Shown piece by piece: positions 1 through 13,365 of a stretch of DNA of 64,000 bases (its first letter is position 1; the number at the start of each line of letters is the position of its first letter). The position numbers and the translations under genes were made by a program. The stretch is from positions 45,570,001-45,634,000 of the forward strand of contig CAIIXF020000001.1 in NCBI GenBank assembly GCA_903813345.2. The letters are read 5' to 3'. Under the pieces are notes generated by a model. The model ran no database searches. It had not been told where the DNA came from and saw only the letters and a program-made list of their open reading frames with translations. The stretch is from Owenia fusiformis. Lineage: Eukaryota.

Positions 1-459
1 AGCTGTCCAGGTCAAGTCAACCTGAAGTCTTAAATTGAACTTTGTTTGCCATTCTTTGATTCTATTTTCAATTGTCTCGTTAAGTTTAAAGGTTTTGTCA
101 AGGTAAGATTACTAATTACGAAACAATTATCTGGATATATTAAAAAACGTTCAGTGAAAAATGCTTACACTAAATACCCTCCAAACGCAGTAATATCAGA
201 TCCAGCTGAACAAATACTGATTCTGTTCATTTGTGATTGGTGATTGGCGTATGAAAATGATTGTACATATATGATGATATATTTTAGGCTTGCGATGGTC
301 ACGTCGACTGTGCAGATGGTACCGATGAACGGGACGACGTTTGTAGTGAGTCACAAAAATTAAAATAGAATCACCTGTGGAATAATTTGTTTGTATTTTG
401 TTTATGTTTTGTACCAATATGTTTGAAATATTTGAAGATATGTTCATCTCATTATCCCA

Positions 460-1800
460 TTATCTCATTATCCCGAAGTTCGAGGGAGATATAGAGAATA
501 TGTCCGTCCGTTCATCCGTCCGTTTGTCCGGTCGATAACTCAAATACTGGTAGACGGATTTAATTCAGATTTTAAAGGCCTTATAGATGTAGGACCTCTG
601 CTAGAGAAGATATTTTCATATGGCCGCTCAATTAGAAATGACCGCAATTTTTCGTAAAAATGTGATATTTTATAACTCGAATATTATTTGGCGGATATGG
701 TTCAAATTTTATATGTTGATGCCTAGGGACAAACAAACTCTGCTCAATAAAGAATTGTCAATATGGCGATTTCACTGGATTGATTTGGATCAAATTTTAT
801 ATCCTAATGCTAAGGGACAAAGGAACACTGTTAGAGAGGACATTTTCAAAATGACAGCTGAATTTCAAAATGGCCACCACTGCTTTGCGATAAAGGAGGT
901 CTGCTCAAGAAGATATTTTCAAGATGGCCGTTATTTTTTAAAATGGCCGCCATTTGACGTTAAAAAATGTAATCTCTTTGATATCCCAAATAACAGTTGA
1001 CAGATTTGGTTAAAATTTTAAATGCTGCTACTTAAAGACAAATGAGCTCCTCTCAAGCACGCCCGGTGATCGTGAATATGGGACGGAGGGGGAGCAGGCA
1101 ATTTCTGCTAGGAAATTCAACAAATCTGGAAGATTTATTTTTTCAAGAAAAAGTTTACTATTGAATTGCTAAATGGATAGGCGCACGGTATGGTAGAATA
1201 TGTTAGGTTTTCTGGGATTTTTTCTGAAACGATACGCATCTAAGGTATGAGATCTATTAAAAAAGGCGCAAGGCCATCAACAGGCACAAATCAACGTTTT
1301 TGCTATAAATCAAGCAACAATGGACTACACGACCTGTAATAAATACTTGTAAGTGATGTTATCATAACTAAATTAATGTCATTGCTGAATTTATAAAATA
1401 AGTTTCCATACGTAAAATAAAAAATAATCGAAAATAATTAAAATGGGACGGAGGGGGGGAGGGGAAAAGAAAACCTAACATATTCTACCATACCGTGTGC
1501 CTATCCATTTAGCAATTCAATAGTAAACTTTTTCTTGAAAAAATAAATCTTCCAGATTTGTAGCTCCGTCCCATATTCACGATCACCGGGCGTGCTTGAG
1601 AGGAGCTCATTTGTCTTTAAGTAGCAGCATTTAAAATTTTAACCAAATCTGTCAACTGTTATTTGGGATATCAAAGAGATTTGGTTTATATGCTCATATG
1701 CTCTGTTCAAGAATAAATTTTCAAGATGGCCACTATTTATCAAAATGTGTTTTGTTCGGTGGGATTTGCTACTCTGTGGAGTTGCTGTTTTTCTAGTTAC
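460..1800. mobile_element. Interspersed repeat resembling Helentron-associated (HINE/DINE-like) elements
   Basis: (GTCC)n microsatellite at about 502-531, internal diverged tandem units containing ttttcaa(g/a)atggcc, and an end in ...ctagtt. This architecture is typical of invertebrate HINEs; boundaries are approximate. Confidence 0.4.
971..1681. repeat. Near-perfect inverted duplication (arms 971-1213 and 1468-1681)
   Basis: The arms are reverse complements with about one mismatch. The right arm lacks about 30 bp present in the left. Confidence 0.85.
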
Positions 1801-2218
1801 ATTTCGCCTTTTTTAACACCGGACAGGGGTATTGATTAGCCCAAGACTCGGCCATGAATTGTTCACTTTTGATTTAATAAACGAGGCTTTTGTATGAGAG
1901 CATTAGACCGAGACCGATAGATATGTGTTCCTAAGTTTCGAATATGAATTATATCAAGTTATAAAGAATGTGTACTAATCTAAAAGTATACATTTAACAT
2001 GTGCCTTACATATATGGCGCAAATAGTCATGAATTGTTATTTATCTTTATCAGAATCATATAAAATGTAGCTACTGATCATTTGACCCTCTACACTTTTC
2101 TCTGAATTTTTCTCTTTTTCTGACCTTTGTTAACAGGGATATCATTGTTCCAATTCTATTGGAAATACACTTTTGATTGCGATCATTTTATTATACATGA
2201 TCAGTAATGAGAATTCTA

Positions 2219-2464
2219 CACTCCCCTCCATAAGTTTGGCAACTTTAGCTCCCCCATTGAACTGCGTGTTAAAGCCTCTTTACTTTTGAATTTTTATTTA
2301 CTTAACCTGCGATGAAAATACTTCTACTATTGTTTGAAACGTAATTTGACTTTATTTCCAAGTTATTTCATCGCAGGTTAAGTGAATAAAAATTCAAACG
2401 TAAAGAGGCTTTAACACGTAGTTCAATGTGGGAGCTAAGGTTGCCAAACTTATGGAGGGGAGTG
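2219..2464. mobile_element. MITE family A (CACTCCCCTCC termini, TA TSD; Tc1/mariner-type), short copy
   Basis: TIRs of about 100 bp, cactcccctccataagtttggcaac.../...gttgccaaacttatggaggggagtg, flanked by TA at 2217-2218 and 2465-2466. Confidence 0.85.
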
Positions 2465-2634
2465 TACCATCATTTTATTGGTATGCTATCAATCCCAGGC
2501 GCTTTGTTATTCAAACTACGAGATATAACAATATAAACTAAAATTAAATTAAAAAATGAAATGTGTTGTTCCAAAACTGTTTACGCTACTACGCAATGAA
2601 GAACTAATACGTCTGATCAAATTCGACATTCCAG

Positions 2635-2821
2635 ATGATTCCATATTTGCCCCTGGATTGCTGTACAAGGCATATATAGCGAGTGGTCAGACATGCTTCA
2701 TGGATGCAAAAAGAGTTCACTTTGAATTTCTGTACGACAAGATAATTAGACGATCTCATCTCCCACAGGCGGTTTTCACCACGGGCAATCTCATATGGCG
2801 ATACGAACGGTTAAACGGAAG
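2635..2821 (+). CDS. Internal exon of an unknown protein-coding gene (DDSIFAPGLLYKAY...WRYERLNG)
   Basis: Acceptor ttccAG|2635 and donor 2821|GTAGGT. The frame is open, and its phase-2 end joins in frame to the exon at 4795. A homologous decayed copy lies at 7993. Confidence 0.65.
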
Positions 2822-4794
2822 GTAGGTACAGTCTAACACCAGATGTATAGTCTGTCACGTGAGGTATGAATGACGTGTTTGAAAATAGTTCGCAAGTCTT
2901 TCCACTTCAGGTTTGGAATGATATTTTAACATGATTTAGAATTTTCCTCACTTGTCCCTTATACCATCGATGTCTAAATACGATTTAATCCACCAAATAT
3001 TTCATTCACGCGTGTCCGGCCGGAGAAATTCGCACTTTTAGTGTCTTAGAAAATAAAAAGCGGGCGAATGAATCGAATTTCACGCGAGATATAATAAACT
3101 GGCGATTTTGTTACAAATGGTGATCAAAAATATTATGTAATAATTTTCTTTTTTCATGGACACGTACGCATCAGTTTCTAGTACTAGCTCATAGTCAGAT
3201 TGAAATAACTTTAAATGAATAAATAGAAAATGTAGCCAACAGCAATAAAATACGGGCAATTCTAAAGCTGTAGTCCATTATTTCCACAACTGAATCCCGT
3301 TGACTAGAATAATTGGTTTAGTTTTTTCTGCGCACCCTGTACTAATTGACTGTTATAAGTTAAGTGCTTTCTTTCTTTATAAATATTTTTAAGATTGGTG
3401 AAAGTAGCAATGGCTGGTAACAATAATGGCGATCTCATAGAGATCTCATACCATTGGTTGAACAGTGGTAACCATGGTAACTGGACAGTCATTGTTGGAC
3501 AAAAGCCGAATTTGTTATCTTACCGCCTATTTTTAAACAAATTAAATTTGTATACTTACTCTGTTTCCACAGATAGATATTTAATAAATGTTAGAGGTTC
3601 GACTGACCATAACTCCTTGTCTAGATCTTACAAGATGCCTTATACATCACCCTTGGTATACGCAGCTAACGAAAATTGACCGGTACGGGTCAAAAGCTGG
3701 ACCGGTACGGGTTAACGGTTTTATTTGAATTTAAAACAGCCATAACTTGCTCAATATTGACTTCCTCGTGTCTAATTTGAAATATATGATGCCTTCCGAT
3801 GCTTTTAAGTACCCCAATTTTTTACAGATTTTTAAACAGACCAAAACTCTCTAAATGCGCATTTATGCTCTTTTCTCTCGAGAACGACTGTCTCATTTTC
3901 ACGATAACTTTTATTTAGTACTTCTAACATATAAGATCTATTTTCCCCATCAAGGTATGATGTAAATGACATGCTATTTACATCTTGTGAGTTCAGTTCA
4001 ATGACGCGCGTTTGATTTTATAAAAAATGCCAAACTTTTTGACAAAGAATTTCCTCCTGCTTGCAGCGAGAAGACGGACCGGTTCGAGGCAATAGCATGA
4101 ACATCATATATTGCCCCGAACCGGTCCGTCTTCTCGCTTATCATCGTGGTATCACACATTTTAAAAATGCTTTAAAACTAATATTAACATACGCCTAAAT
4201 CATGTATTGAATGGTTGAATAATATAACTTTTGCCTGATTTATTTATTTTGCCAACCAATCTTTGTTGCTTGATTCAAAACGAGGCTGATCAACAACGGG
4301 ATCAACAAGTGCCGACTATGATTTTATCCATGTATGAATATATCGATCTGATATACATTTGTTCAATTTTTCACTTAATATTATTTTTATAAACCATTCC
4401 ACGAAGTTGTTGTTTCCAAATCTTTGCATGGCCACGCAGCAGTTTGGGAAACAACATCTGAGTGGAATAAATGTTCGGATTGGCTGGAATCGGACACACC
4501 TTGCCTAGCTATGTGTGAATACTTGACGATGTATGTACGTGGCAACTAAACTTTTATTTGAAATATATATTCAAATCAAGATTTTTTATCAAAGACTCTT
4601 TCAAAATCAACTTTTGGAATTAAGTTGAAGTTTCACATAAGAATTTGTGATTACATTTCGTAGAGCCACAATACAAGCAAAGTGGTTTAATCTTCATAAC
4701 CATCGAATACTGAACCTTTTAAATAAAAAGAATGCATTTATATTTTGACATGACAAACTGTGAATATATTATTCATAACTTTATTTTGTTGAAG

Positions 4795-5035
4795 CAAAGT
4801 GTATGAATCCAGAGACTGCAATGGTACATACTTGCTGGGTAGTGGGTTTGAGCATGTTTGGACGGTTGAGAAGGAACCAGTTATATTCAGGGCATACATA
4901 CCATACTTCATCCGTGAAACGCCAGCACGATCTTACATTTACTTGGGCGACAATCCGATACCATGTGGATGGTGTACATGGGTGATACCAGAGGAGTTTG
5001 ATGAAAACGTCAGAGCAGTGTATAGCAACGAATAG
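4795..5035 (+). CDS. Terminal coding exon of the same unknown gene (SKVYESRDCNGTYLLG...YSNE*)
   Basis: Acceptor tttattttgttgaAG|C. Phase 2 matches the upstream exon, and the ORF is open to TAG at 5033-5035. Confidence 0.6.
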
Positions 5036-5497
5036 ACAACTTCTTGAATTGACATGCAGTTTTACTGATTTGTTTTTTCATTCTTTTTTGGGGATATGAT
5101 TGATGATAAAAAGTGATCATGATGAGTGGTGTATCCAATACACTACACTGGCGGATCTGGGGGGCAGGGGCCCTTTGGTCATTACTTGGCCTTTTAATGC
5201 CTTATTTTTAATTTTAGGCCAAATTGTTATGCAAATGGTCCTCAAAAAGTTTGGACCCACTTTTTGGTTCTAGTGGCCCAAAAACATTTTCAGCGCAAAC
5301 GCGGAAGTTTTTTCTCAGACCTGAAATTAATGTACATCAAATTTGATCTGAAATAAATGATTATTAAAAGGTTAATTTCACCTAAGTGTGTCAGAATATA
5401 ATCAAAAAGTGAACAAAGTTCTGTCTATATTATTTTCTATTAGAGATAACTCGTGCTATTTATCGTTTTCAGCTCAAATGTTATCATCAACATTCCG

Positions 5498-5530
<33 letters not shown>

Positions 5531-6359
5531 TAGTAAAACGAAGGGTGTGTGTCTCAGATTCATCAAGTTTAAGGATAGATTGGGTGTTGATTATCTTTTT
5601 TATAAGTTTTTATTGAGATAATTGCATTGCATATTTGCTTTGCATTAGATCAACAATAAGTCCTTAAAATATAGCATTCATGATAGCTATTTTTGTACTA
5701 CATCTTGAGAATAAATCAAAATAATTGGCAAAGTAAACAGTAGAAAGTGACATTAAAAAGGGAAACCCACAGAGACTTTATACTGTCCCGTGTGACACAC
5801 CCGCATTTCTTAATTAAGTACATGTATTTTGGTTTGGATTTGCATTGTCAATTTGATCAGATGGGTATTTTGGTATCTTGGAGTGACATCACGAGTTTCA
5901 CCATGTTGAATTCTAAAAAATGAGCTATGCAAAGACAAACATGGACATTTTGGCCCAACCTGTACAAGTATATTGTCTATATTTACTATTAACAAAGAAA
6001 TAAAGGTATCACGTCTGTAGATAGTATAAGTCGTAGGTTATTCTGATTTCTTATAGATTTAGTGTACTTTGGTATCAGTACAAGTCACTAAGGCCCTTTA
6101 ATTAAAATGACTAAATATTTATAAATATATTCATCTTGAAGAATAGTTGGTGGATGAGAATGAATCGTGATAAACGATACGATTTAAGGCAGAACTTTCA
6201 AAGGTCTGTTTAATATTCAAAGTGCAAAATGAGTAAATGATTCTCAAGTCTTAATGTGGATGTCCAAATAGTGAAATGAATGCACGGATGTACCTTGATT
6301 TTTTCTAAAGTTCAGTAAAGAGAACAGGAAATCTGGAGGTCCATCATCATATGGAGATA

Positions 6360-6957
6360 CACTCCCCTCCAATACCTCGAAAATTGATGATTTTGATGAA
6401 TTTTTGAAAATCGTCATTTCCATGTAAACCAATGGGAAATGGTGGGTTCGGGGCAAATCAGAAATCAGGATATCTATTCAGAAGAATCAGCAACAAAATA
6501 TTTTTGTATAGAAAATTGAATTGTCTAACTTTTTTGTACACTAATTGTTTAGTTAACTTGATGCATACTAAAGTTACAGAGCTTCAATGTCATTTTTCGT
6601 AAATTATTTTCGCCTCCTGTGTTATTTCAATGGGACAGGCTCTATAACTTTGTTAAACCCGAAGAAACATATCATTTTTGTTAAATAAAGTTAGCAAATT
6701 CAATGTCTTGCGGCAAACCTACCATTCCCCATTGGTTAACATGGGAATGTCGATTTTCAATTTATCAGCAATTTTCGACCTATTGTAATTTTAAGGAAAG
6801 AATTGAGAAAATTTGGAGGTATTGGAAATAAACATAAATTGCGTTTCCATCAATATTAGGAACTATTTTCATCGCAGGTTAAGTAAATAAAAATTCAAAA
6901 GTAAAGAGGCTTTAACATGTAGTTCAATGGGGAGCTACGGTTGCCAAACTTATGGAG
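6360..6957. mobile_element. MITE family A copy (internally deleted, right end truncated)
   Basis: Starts TA-cactcccctcc, shares internal sequence with the 29304 and 61516 copies, and ends in gttgccaaacttatggag. Confidence 0.75.
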
Positions 6958-7188
6958 CATGTGGGTAAAATTACATTGTGGCCAATTTGAATTTTTCTTA
7001 AAAAGTGCAATATTTACACTGTTTGTCTTGTTAGAATAGAGGTCCATGTGACATGAGATGATATCAGCCAAAAAATATTCTAAAATTGAAACATTGATGC
7101 TAGATCGGACTGATTGTGCCTTTTAATCAGGGGGTATAAACGCGTCCAGTATTTTCGTCTGACCTCCATTTATGATCCAGAGAGAGGT

Positions 7189-7650
7189 AGGTTGGATGCT
7201 CAAACTTAACATGAGACAGGATAGTTAGTTTGCTTGAAACTGTACGAGTTTCATATAATTTAGTTTATTGGTAGAGACACAGAGTCAATGCATATTTTCC
7301 TCTCATACGATGGCTTTAAACTTGTTTTTTGGATTGAGTAGACATATATATGAAGTGCATTACAACTGCATTGCATTGCAACTGCATATTTTGAAGGAGA
7401 ATGAATATCAGCATAAAAACTACTTAAACATGATTACTACTACAGTCCATTGACAAATTACTTAGTGCTAGAAATTTCCAAAACTGCTGCTCAGTACAAT
7501 TTTTATATAAAAAACGCTGCTCCACCTAACTTAATAATTGAAAATGTGTTTTGTCTCTTTGTCGCTACCAATGAACCAATTTATATGAAACGCGGACAGT
7601 TTCAAGCAAACGTATTACCCTGTCTCATATTAAAGTTTGAGCATCCAACT
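7189..7650. mobile_element. Inverted-repeat element (MITE-like)
   Basis: gttggatgctcaaacttaacatgagacagg...tttgcttgaaactgt is the reverse complement of acagtttcaagcaaa...cctgtctcatattaaagtttgagcatccaac. Outer ends are uncertain. Confidence 0.55.
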
Positions 7651-7992
7651 CCTAGCATGATAAAATCTGGAGACAACGGACTTTTTGATCGGCCCTCGTA
7701 GAAATAGGCTCATCAAAGGCTACTGCCAAAGTTATTTTGCCCTTAGTTAGATAATTTAATATCTAACGAATTTAGTTTTATTTTAGAAACTTTAAAGTAT
7801 CAGGGTTTTACATATTTGTACATAAATGGAATTATTATATACAAAAATGGATATTTCCATGATTAACAAAAGATCCCAATATCGATCAGGATTTATTTGA
7901 ATGTCATCTTTGACAAAGTTATCAATGTTTAGAGAGAAGGAACATTAATTTTCAAATGCAAAATTGTGATCAAATTCTACATTATTTTTCAG

Positions 7993-8435
7993 ATGACTCA
8001 CTTTATGCCCCCGGACTATATTTACCGGTTAATTAAACGTGCTTCTCGGATGCAAAAAGAGTTCATTTTGTTGTTGCATTTGATAAAGTAACGAGACGCC
8101 CAGTTTTTATTCTTTTCTGGTATAGCTGAATGGCGATACGAAAGGATAGACAGAAGGAGTGTAATCGCCTCGTTTATCGTATATAATTCTACCTTTCTTT
8201 GGATAAATAACAACACGTTCCAGGCCTGGATAGTAGCCAGTACATTCGGGGGTTCGAGCGACCCCCTTTTCCTCCCTGGCCAAAATGTCTCTCAAAATCA
8301 TGCATTTTTACGATTTTGAGCACAAAAATTGTCAAATGTGAACCTGGACATTTTTGGTGACCCTTGACAAAAGGTGGCTACGGGCCTGAGTTCTTACCAT
8401 GAGAGAACACAGAGAACTAATCACATATCACTGAC
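7993..8435 (+). pseudogene. Decayed tandem paralog of the 2635-5035 gene
   Basis: Same acceptor context (ttttcAG|ATGAC). DDSLYAPGL..TCFSDAKRVHF..FDK..WRYERID aligns with DDSIFAPGL..TCFMDAKRVHF..YDK..WRYERLN. It has an in-frame TAA at 8034-8036, a frameshift near 8105 and an insertion at about 8221-8388. Confidence 0.65.
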
Positions 8436-8936
8436 GGATTTTTTAATTTTAGGCCACATTTTGAAAAAAATGGGCCTCAAAAGTTCACAATATGGGCCCA
8501 CTTTTTGGTTTTTATTACATAGTGCTTATAAAATGAGTTTATGTTTTCATAATGTCATGTTATTATGTAAGTTTTTAAAATACCAGAAAACTATGATGTA
8601 AACTCATGATGTAAACTATGATGTTTACTCGGTGCAACGTAAAGCAACGAGTAAATGTAGATCTAGACTGACCTATTTCTCCGTAATTAGAATTAAATGT
8701 CATTTAATGTGTGAATGTGAATGTTCCAAACCACTATTTTAAAGACCAAACAATTTCTAAATTGCTAAAATGATATGTTGTCTTAAAAGATGGCACAGAG
8801 ATCATTCCAGAGTTCTACAAAAACCATATGCCATTAGCTGCTGCCATCTATACTGGTGTAAGATAGATAAAACTCGTGAACTTTTGAATAGATGTCGTAC
8901 TTATAAATACTACTTACATACTGGCTATGTGGCTGA

Positions 8937-9076
8937 TGCCTTGGTCACATTAGCCACGATTTTCACTACGGCGCCCGGCAGATTGAGTATTTTGTTCAAA
9001 ATTCAATACAAATTTGAACAAAACACTCCATCGGCCGGGCGCCGGCCGATGGATCGGAGCAAATGTGACCCAGGCA
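8937..9076. mobile_element. MITE family B, short copy
   Basis: TIR tgccttggtcacatt/aatgtgacccaggca, with the same termini as 24238-25300. Confidence 0.65.
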
Positions 9077-12000
9077 TTACAGAGCCTTGATATACAAATA
9101 CATGATATGTGACTTTGTTAAATAAATCATTGTAACATAATTTTAACATAAGTATTATGACGTTTTCAGTATCATTTCTGATAGTGTAATACTAAAAAGT
9201 TCATTTCTAGTTTTATCACTTGATAAATTCAATAATAAGCAGCTGGTTGCCTCTTTGCAGTGGTGGATCCCGGTTGCAAGCCCCCCCCCCCCTTTAGTGG
9301 GCCCAGAATTGTTTTTAGTTTTTGGCCCCCAAAATTTTGTGGGGCCTCAAATGCTTTGTATACTCCCATACTCCCTATACATGTGGCCGGCTGATTTTTC
9401 AAATCACCTCGCACAACTACTTGTGTATTGAAATCTTGTAAGCTGAATTGGTGGTTTCTAATTGAAAGCCCATGTTTAGACAAAATTCAGCGTTGTATAC
9501 TGACAACATTTTCCAACTACAAGATTTAAATACACAAGTAGTTGTGTGGGTGATTTGAAAAATCAGGCCCACATTTATGGGGGTAATACTCCCCTTCAAA
9601 AACGGAAGTTTTATTTTGGTCCACGTGTTAAAGCAGAATTAGAGCTATTATGGGGTGAGAAAATTGTTTACGCAATATGTACAATAAATTGACCAATCGA
9701 TGTTTTCTTTACCATCTCAAATATAATATCCCCCAAAAGATCCGTAGTATGTTATTAAAGATTTAAGGTTTTTTAAGATTCAAAGTGCACATTTTGTCAC
9801 AAATCTGTAAGTTCTTCCAACCAACTAATAAATGTGGTGTCCACATTTACAAAGAAAGAAAAATCTTTAGTCTTCCTCAAATAAAGTATGCACTGTGGGG
9901 TTGTTTAAAAAATAGAAATGACAATGACTGATAGGAGCCCATGATAATATTCTACAAAAGACACAATGTTAGGTTTCTCTCTAGATCTAATACTAATTCA
10001 AATGTTTGGCGATTCGAAGTAACAACTTCATGCATTTTCTGACATTTGTGGTGGTAAGTTACTAATTATCAGGGGTTTGGTACTTATCTTCGATCCTGAA
10101 ATTTCAAAAATTGAAAAACACGAATAACTTGTAATTTGCACCATCAATAGTCCTTGTTGCAAACCTTTTTCAGTAAATATAAGATTTTGAAAAAGTGCTC
10201 ATATATTGTAGTTAATAAATGCATTGTTTTAAATAGATGAAGTGAATGTACTATACGCCTTTGCATTGCTTTTCGTATGTACCCTTTATAATTTACACAT
10301 GTCAGTGTCGCTCACTTGATAAACTTTTTTTCGAGAAAGATCCCTTTTAAGGAATAAAATCGATTCGAATAAAAGCAAACGCTAACCTAAGGAGACTGTA
10401 GGCTACCAAACTCGAGAGGCTGATGCGTTACTTAAGACCAGAAGATCAAGACAGTGACAATGATAATTTAGAAAACAATATTGCTTATGGCGATATGATA
10501 ATGTTGATACTTGATATGAATAGTTTCAGAAATGTTATACAAAAAATGTCACCATCTTAATAGAATTATTTGACATAATTGTATTAGTTCAAAACGTTCA
10601 ATTTACGCTGTTTGCTTTGCCTTAGCCAGAGAGCCTTAGCAATTGAAATATTAAGTGAATCTATTCTTAACATCGTTCATACGATGACATGTGGGATTCA
10701 ATTAGAAATATTATTCCATTAGTTGCATTCCTTCAAGGTATATTGTACAAATGTATAACAGTAGCTAGATATAGTAGCGATCTAGCAAATGTGTCCATTA
10801 GATATTTGGCCTTTGGACCTTTTACATTAAAACTGTAATCTAATGACATTATTCGGGGAAAATCTCTAAATGAAAGTGATGTTTTGATTAACTCGACCCT
10901 AAACTATATCTAGGGGACATATAGTCATCAATATTACCAATCTAGGCGATATGGAACGCCAACTAATGTATATATCCTAAAGTTGCTTTGCTCTGTAGGG
11001 CAAGTTTGGGCTTTAAAAACCTATTTGGTATCCTTCGTTTTTATCATTAGTTTTTCTGGTTACGTAGATGAAACACATATCGTTGGATGTAATTCCTTAA
11101 GTGTACGAAACACTGTTGATTTATTGATAACTCATAAAAGACCGTTAATTCTGTGCTCATATTCTCCGTGACCTCGTGACGTGATGGATATAAAATTCTA
11201 TAAATGTGATAATGGAAATTTTGGAATGGACCACTCTATACTAATTTTGGAATGTACGACCGCCCGTAAGTAGACATATTGGAACACGTTATATGGACCA
11301 AAAGACATATTCGCCACGTTTTAAGTATTCAATCGTTATAACACCGGCATTAATCCCCGTGAACATGCCCTTATGGAATACAAGATATTGGCACGTGGCT
11401 CTGCAATTCATCCCGGAACATGCCCATTTCTTGAAGTGGTAAAGGAAAAAAGTTTATAAATTCAAAGTTGAACCAGATGTTTTCGCGTAAACCAAGTTAA
11501 GTGTGTTTGGCGAAGGGTATATGTCGGAAGATTTTAGTGAGTGTTGAGAACCCATGCCTGTTGCACATCATTATACACAGATATATGTTTTCATGATCTC
11601 ACGTGATTTCTCCAATGAAGTCTAATTAATACAAAAAGTCAATGTTGGCAAAGACAATATCGCTAATGCAAAAGTGCCTCTGGCTGAGGCCCTCACGAGT
11701 AAAGATGCACCAGTATGCACCTCCCATTTACCCGAAACCAATCATGTTTTCGTTTTCTTTTTGACAGTTCAAAAGCTAAATTTCTTTGGGCGAAATTCTT
11801 AAGTAGCACTGCCAAAATTATCTTGATTTTTATGTAAATATATTCATTTGTGTGAAAGATGGTAGGTGTAAAAATAAAGTCGATTACAAATACATCATTT
11901 TTGAGTCGACCTCCTTTAAATTCCTGTACATTCATAACTCAAACTGATTTACAACTTTAATTGCGGTATGGAGTTTTTTCTATTTACTTCACATTCAAAA

Positions 12001-12865
12001 TGTAGACATTTTTCACGCAATGAAGTAAATAATTTATATTATTCATTTGTGTATGTACCTCATTGGTTGCTCCACCCTATACCATATCAAACGTATAGTT
12101 TTTACACCGTCGTGTTAACAAGTCTATTTTCTTTTGAATGCTGTAACTATAAATTGAAAATAACATAACCTCGGGTGCAGTCAAGACATTCAAACAAAAT
12201 GGGACAAGCATCATGATGAAGTATGAACAGATAAATAGAGTAGCACTTAACATCATCCTCTTTGTTTTTTATTTACTTTTACTAGCCTAAAGGTCAAAGA
12301 AAGTGATCAAGATTTTCATGAGCTTGATGCGTATAGGTGTTTAAATGTCGTAAAACAAGCAATGAAGAATAATGATGAATTAACAGGAAAGGATTTGATT
12401 GTAAAGATGTCGGAGTTATGGCCGGGTTGATGTAGTGAATCTGATGAGGCCCCCACCCCGGAGCTATGATAACATGGTACGGGGCAGTCGAGTGGAAGAC
12501 TGGTGGCAATATGATAGCGTGGGTATTAGGCCCAATGATAGTATACCAATGATTGAATTGAATGAAGTGATATACGCTATGTACAAGATAGAGACACTCC
12601 AATACATCATTGTACGGCTCTATCAGTAATGGGCCGGGGGCGTATAGCCCGACACAGAACCCTAACGAAATACAATGCCCAACACCAATCAAGCATATCG
12701 CTTTAGCCATAATTATAGTGCAACGTTGGAAATTCCATATGTGAAATTATAGCATGAGATTTTGCCATGAAACCCATACATTGTCTCTAACCCTATAAAT
12801 CTTGGACAGTGGCATACTGTGGGACACGTCTGTTAGTTATTGATGGGGTTTTACTTGATGAGACT

Positions 12866-13365
12866 NNNNNNNNNNNNNNNNNNNNNNNNNNNNNNNNNNN
12901 NNNNNNNNNNNNNNNNNNNNNNNNNNNNNNNNNNNNNNNNNNNNNNNNNNNNNNNNNNNNNNNNNNNNNNNNNNNNNNNNNNNNNNNNNNNNNNNNNNNN
13001 NNNNNNNNNNNNNNNNNNNNNNNNNNNNNNNNNNNNNNNNNNNNNNNNNNNNNNNNNNNNNNNNNNNNNNNNNNNNNNNNNNNNNNNNNNNNNNNNNNNN
13101 NNNNNNNNNNNNNNNNNNNNNNNNNNNNNNNNNNNNNNNNNNNNNNNNNNNNNNNNNNNNNNNNNNNNNNNNNNNNNNNNNNNNNNNNNNNNNNNNNNNN
13201 NNNNNNNNNNNNNNNNNNNNNNNNNNNNNNNNNNNNNNNNNNNNNNNNNNNNNNNNNNNNNNNNNNNNNNNNNNNNNNNNNNNNNNNNNNNNNNNNNNNN
13301 NNNNNNNNNNNNNNNNNNNNNNNNNNNNNNNNNNNNNNNNNNNNNNNNNNNNNNNNNNNNNNNNN
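12866..13365. other. Assembly gap (500 N)
   Basis: Run of N. Confidence 1.

Noticed and set aside
5499..5530. Polyproline ORF (5388-5621) / long C homopolymer
   Set aside because: The prolines come solely from a ~32-nt C run inside a repeat-like region, and there is no splice or homology support.
8221..8388. hAT-like element (caggcc...ggcctg ends)
   Set aside because: The termini are imperfect and no 8-bp TSD was found, so it is noted only as an insertion in the pseudogene.
12294..12710. GC-richer stretch with ORFs on both strands (138 aa on -, 64 aa on +)
   Set aside because: No recognisable motifs and no convincing splice sites; it may be a decayed coding fragment but I cannot support a call.
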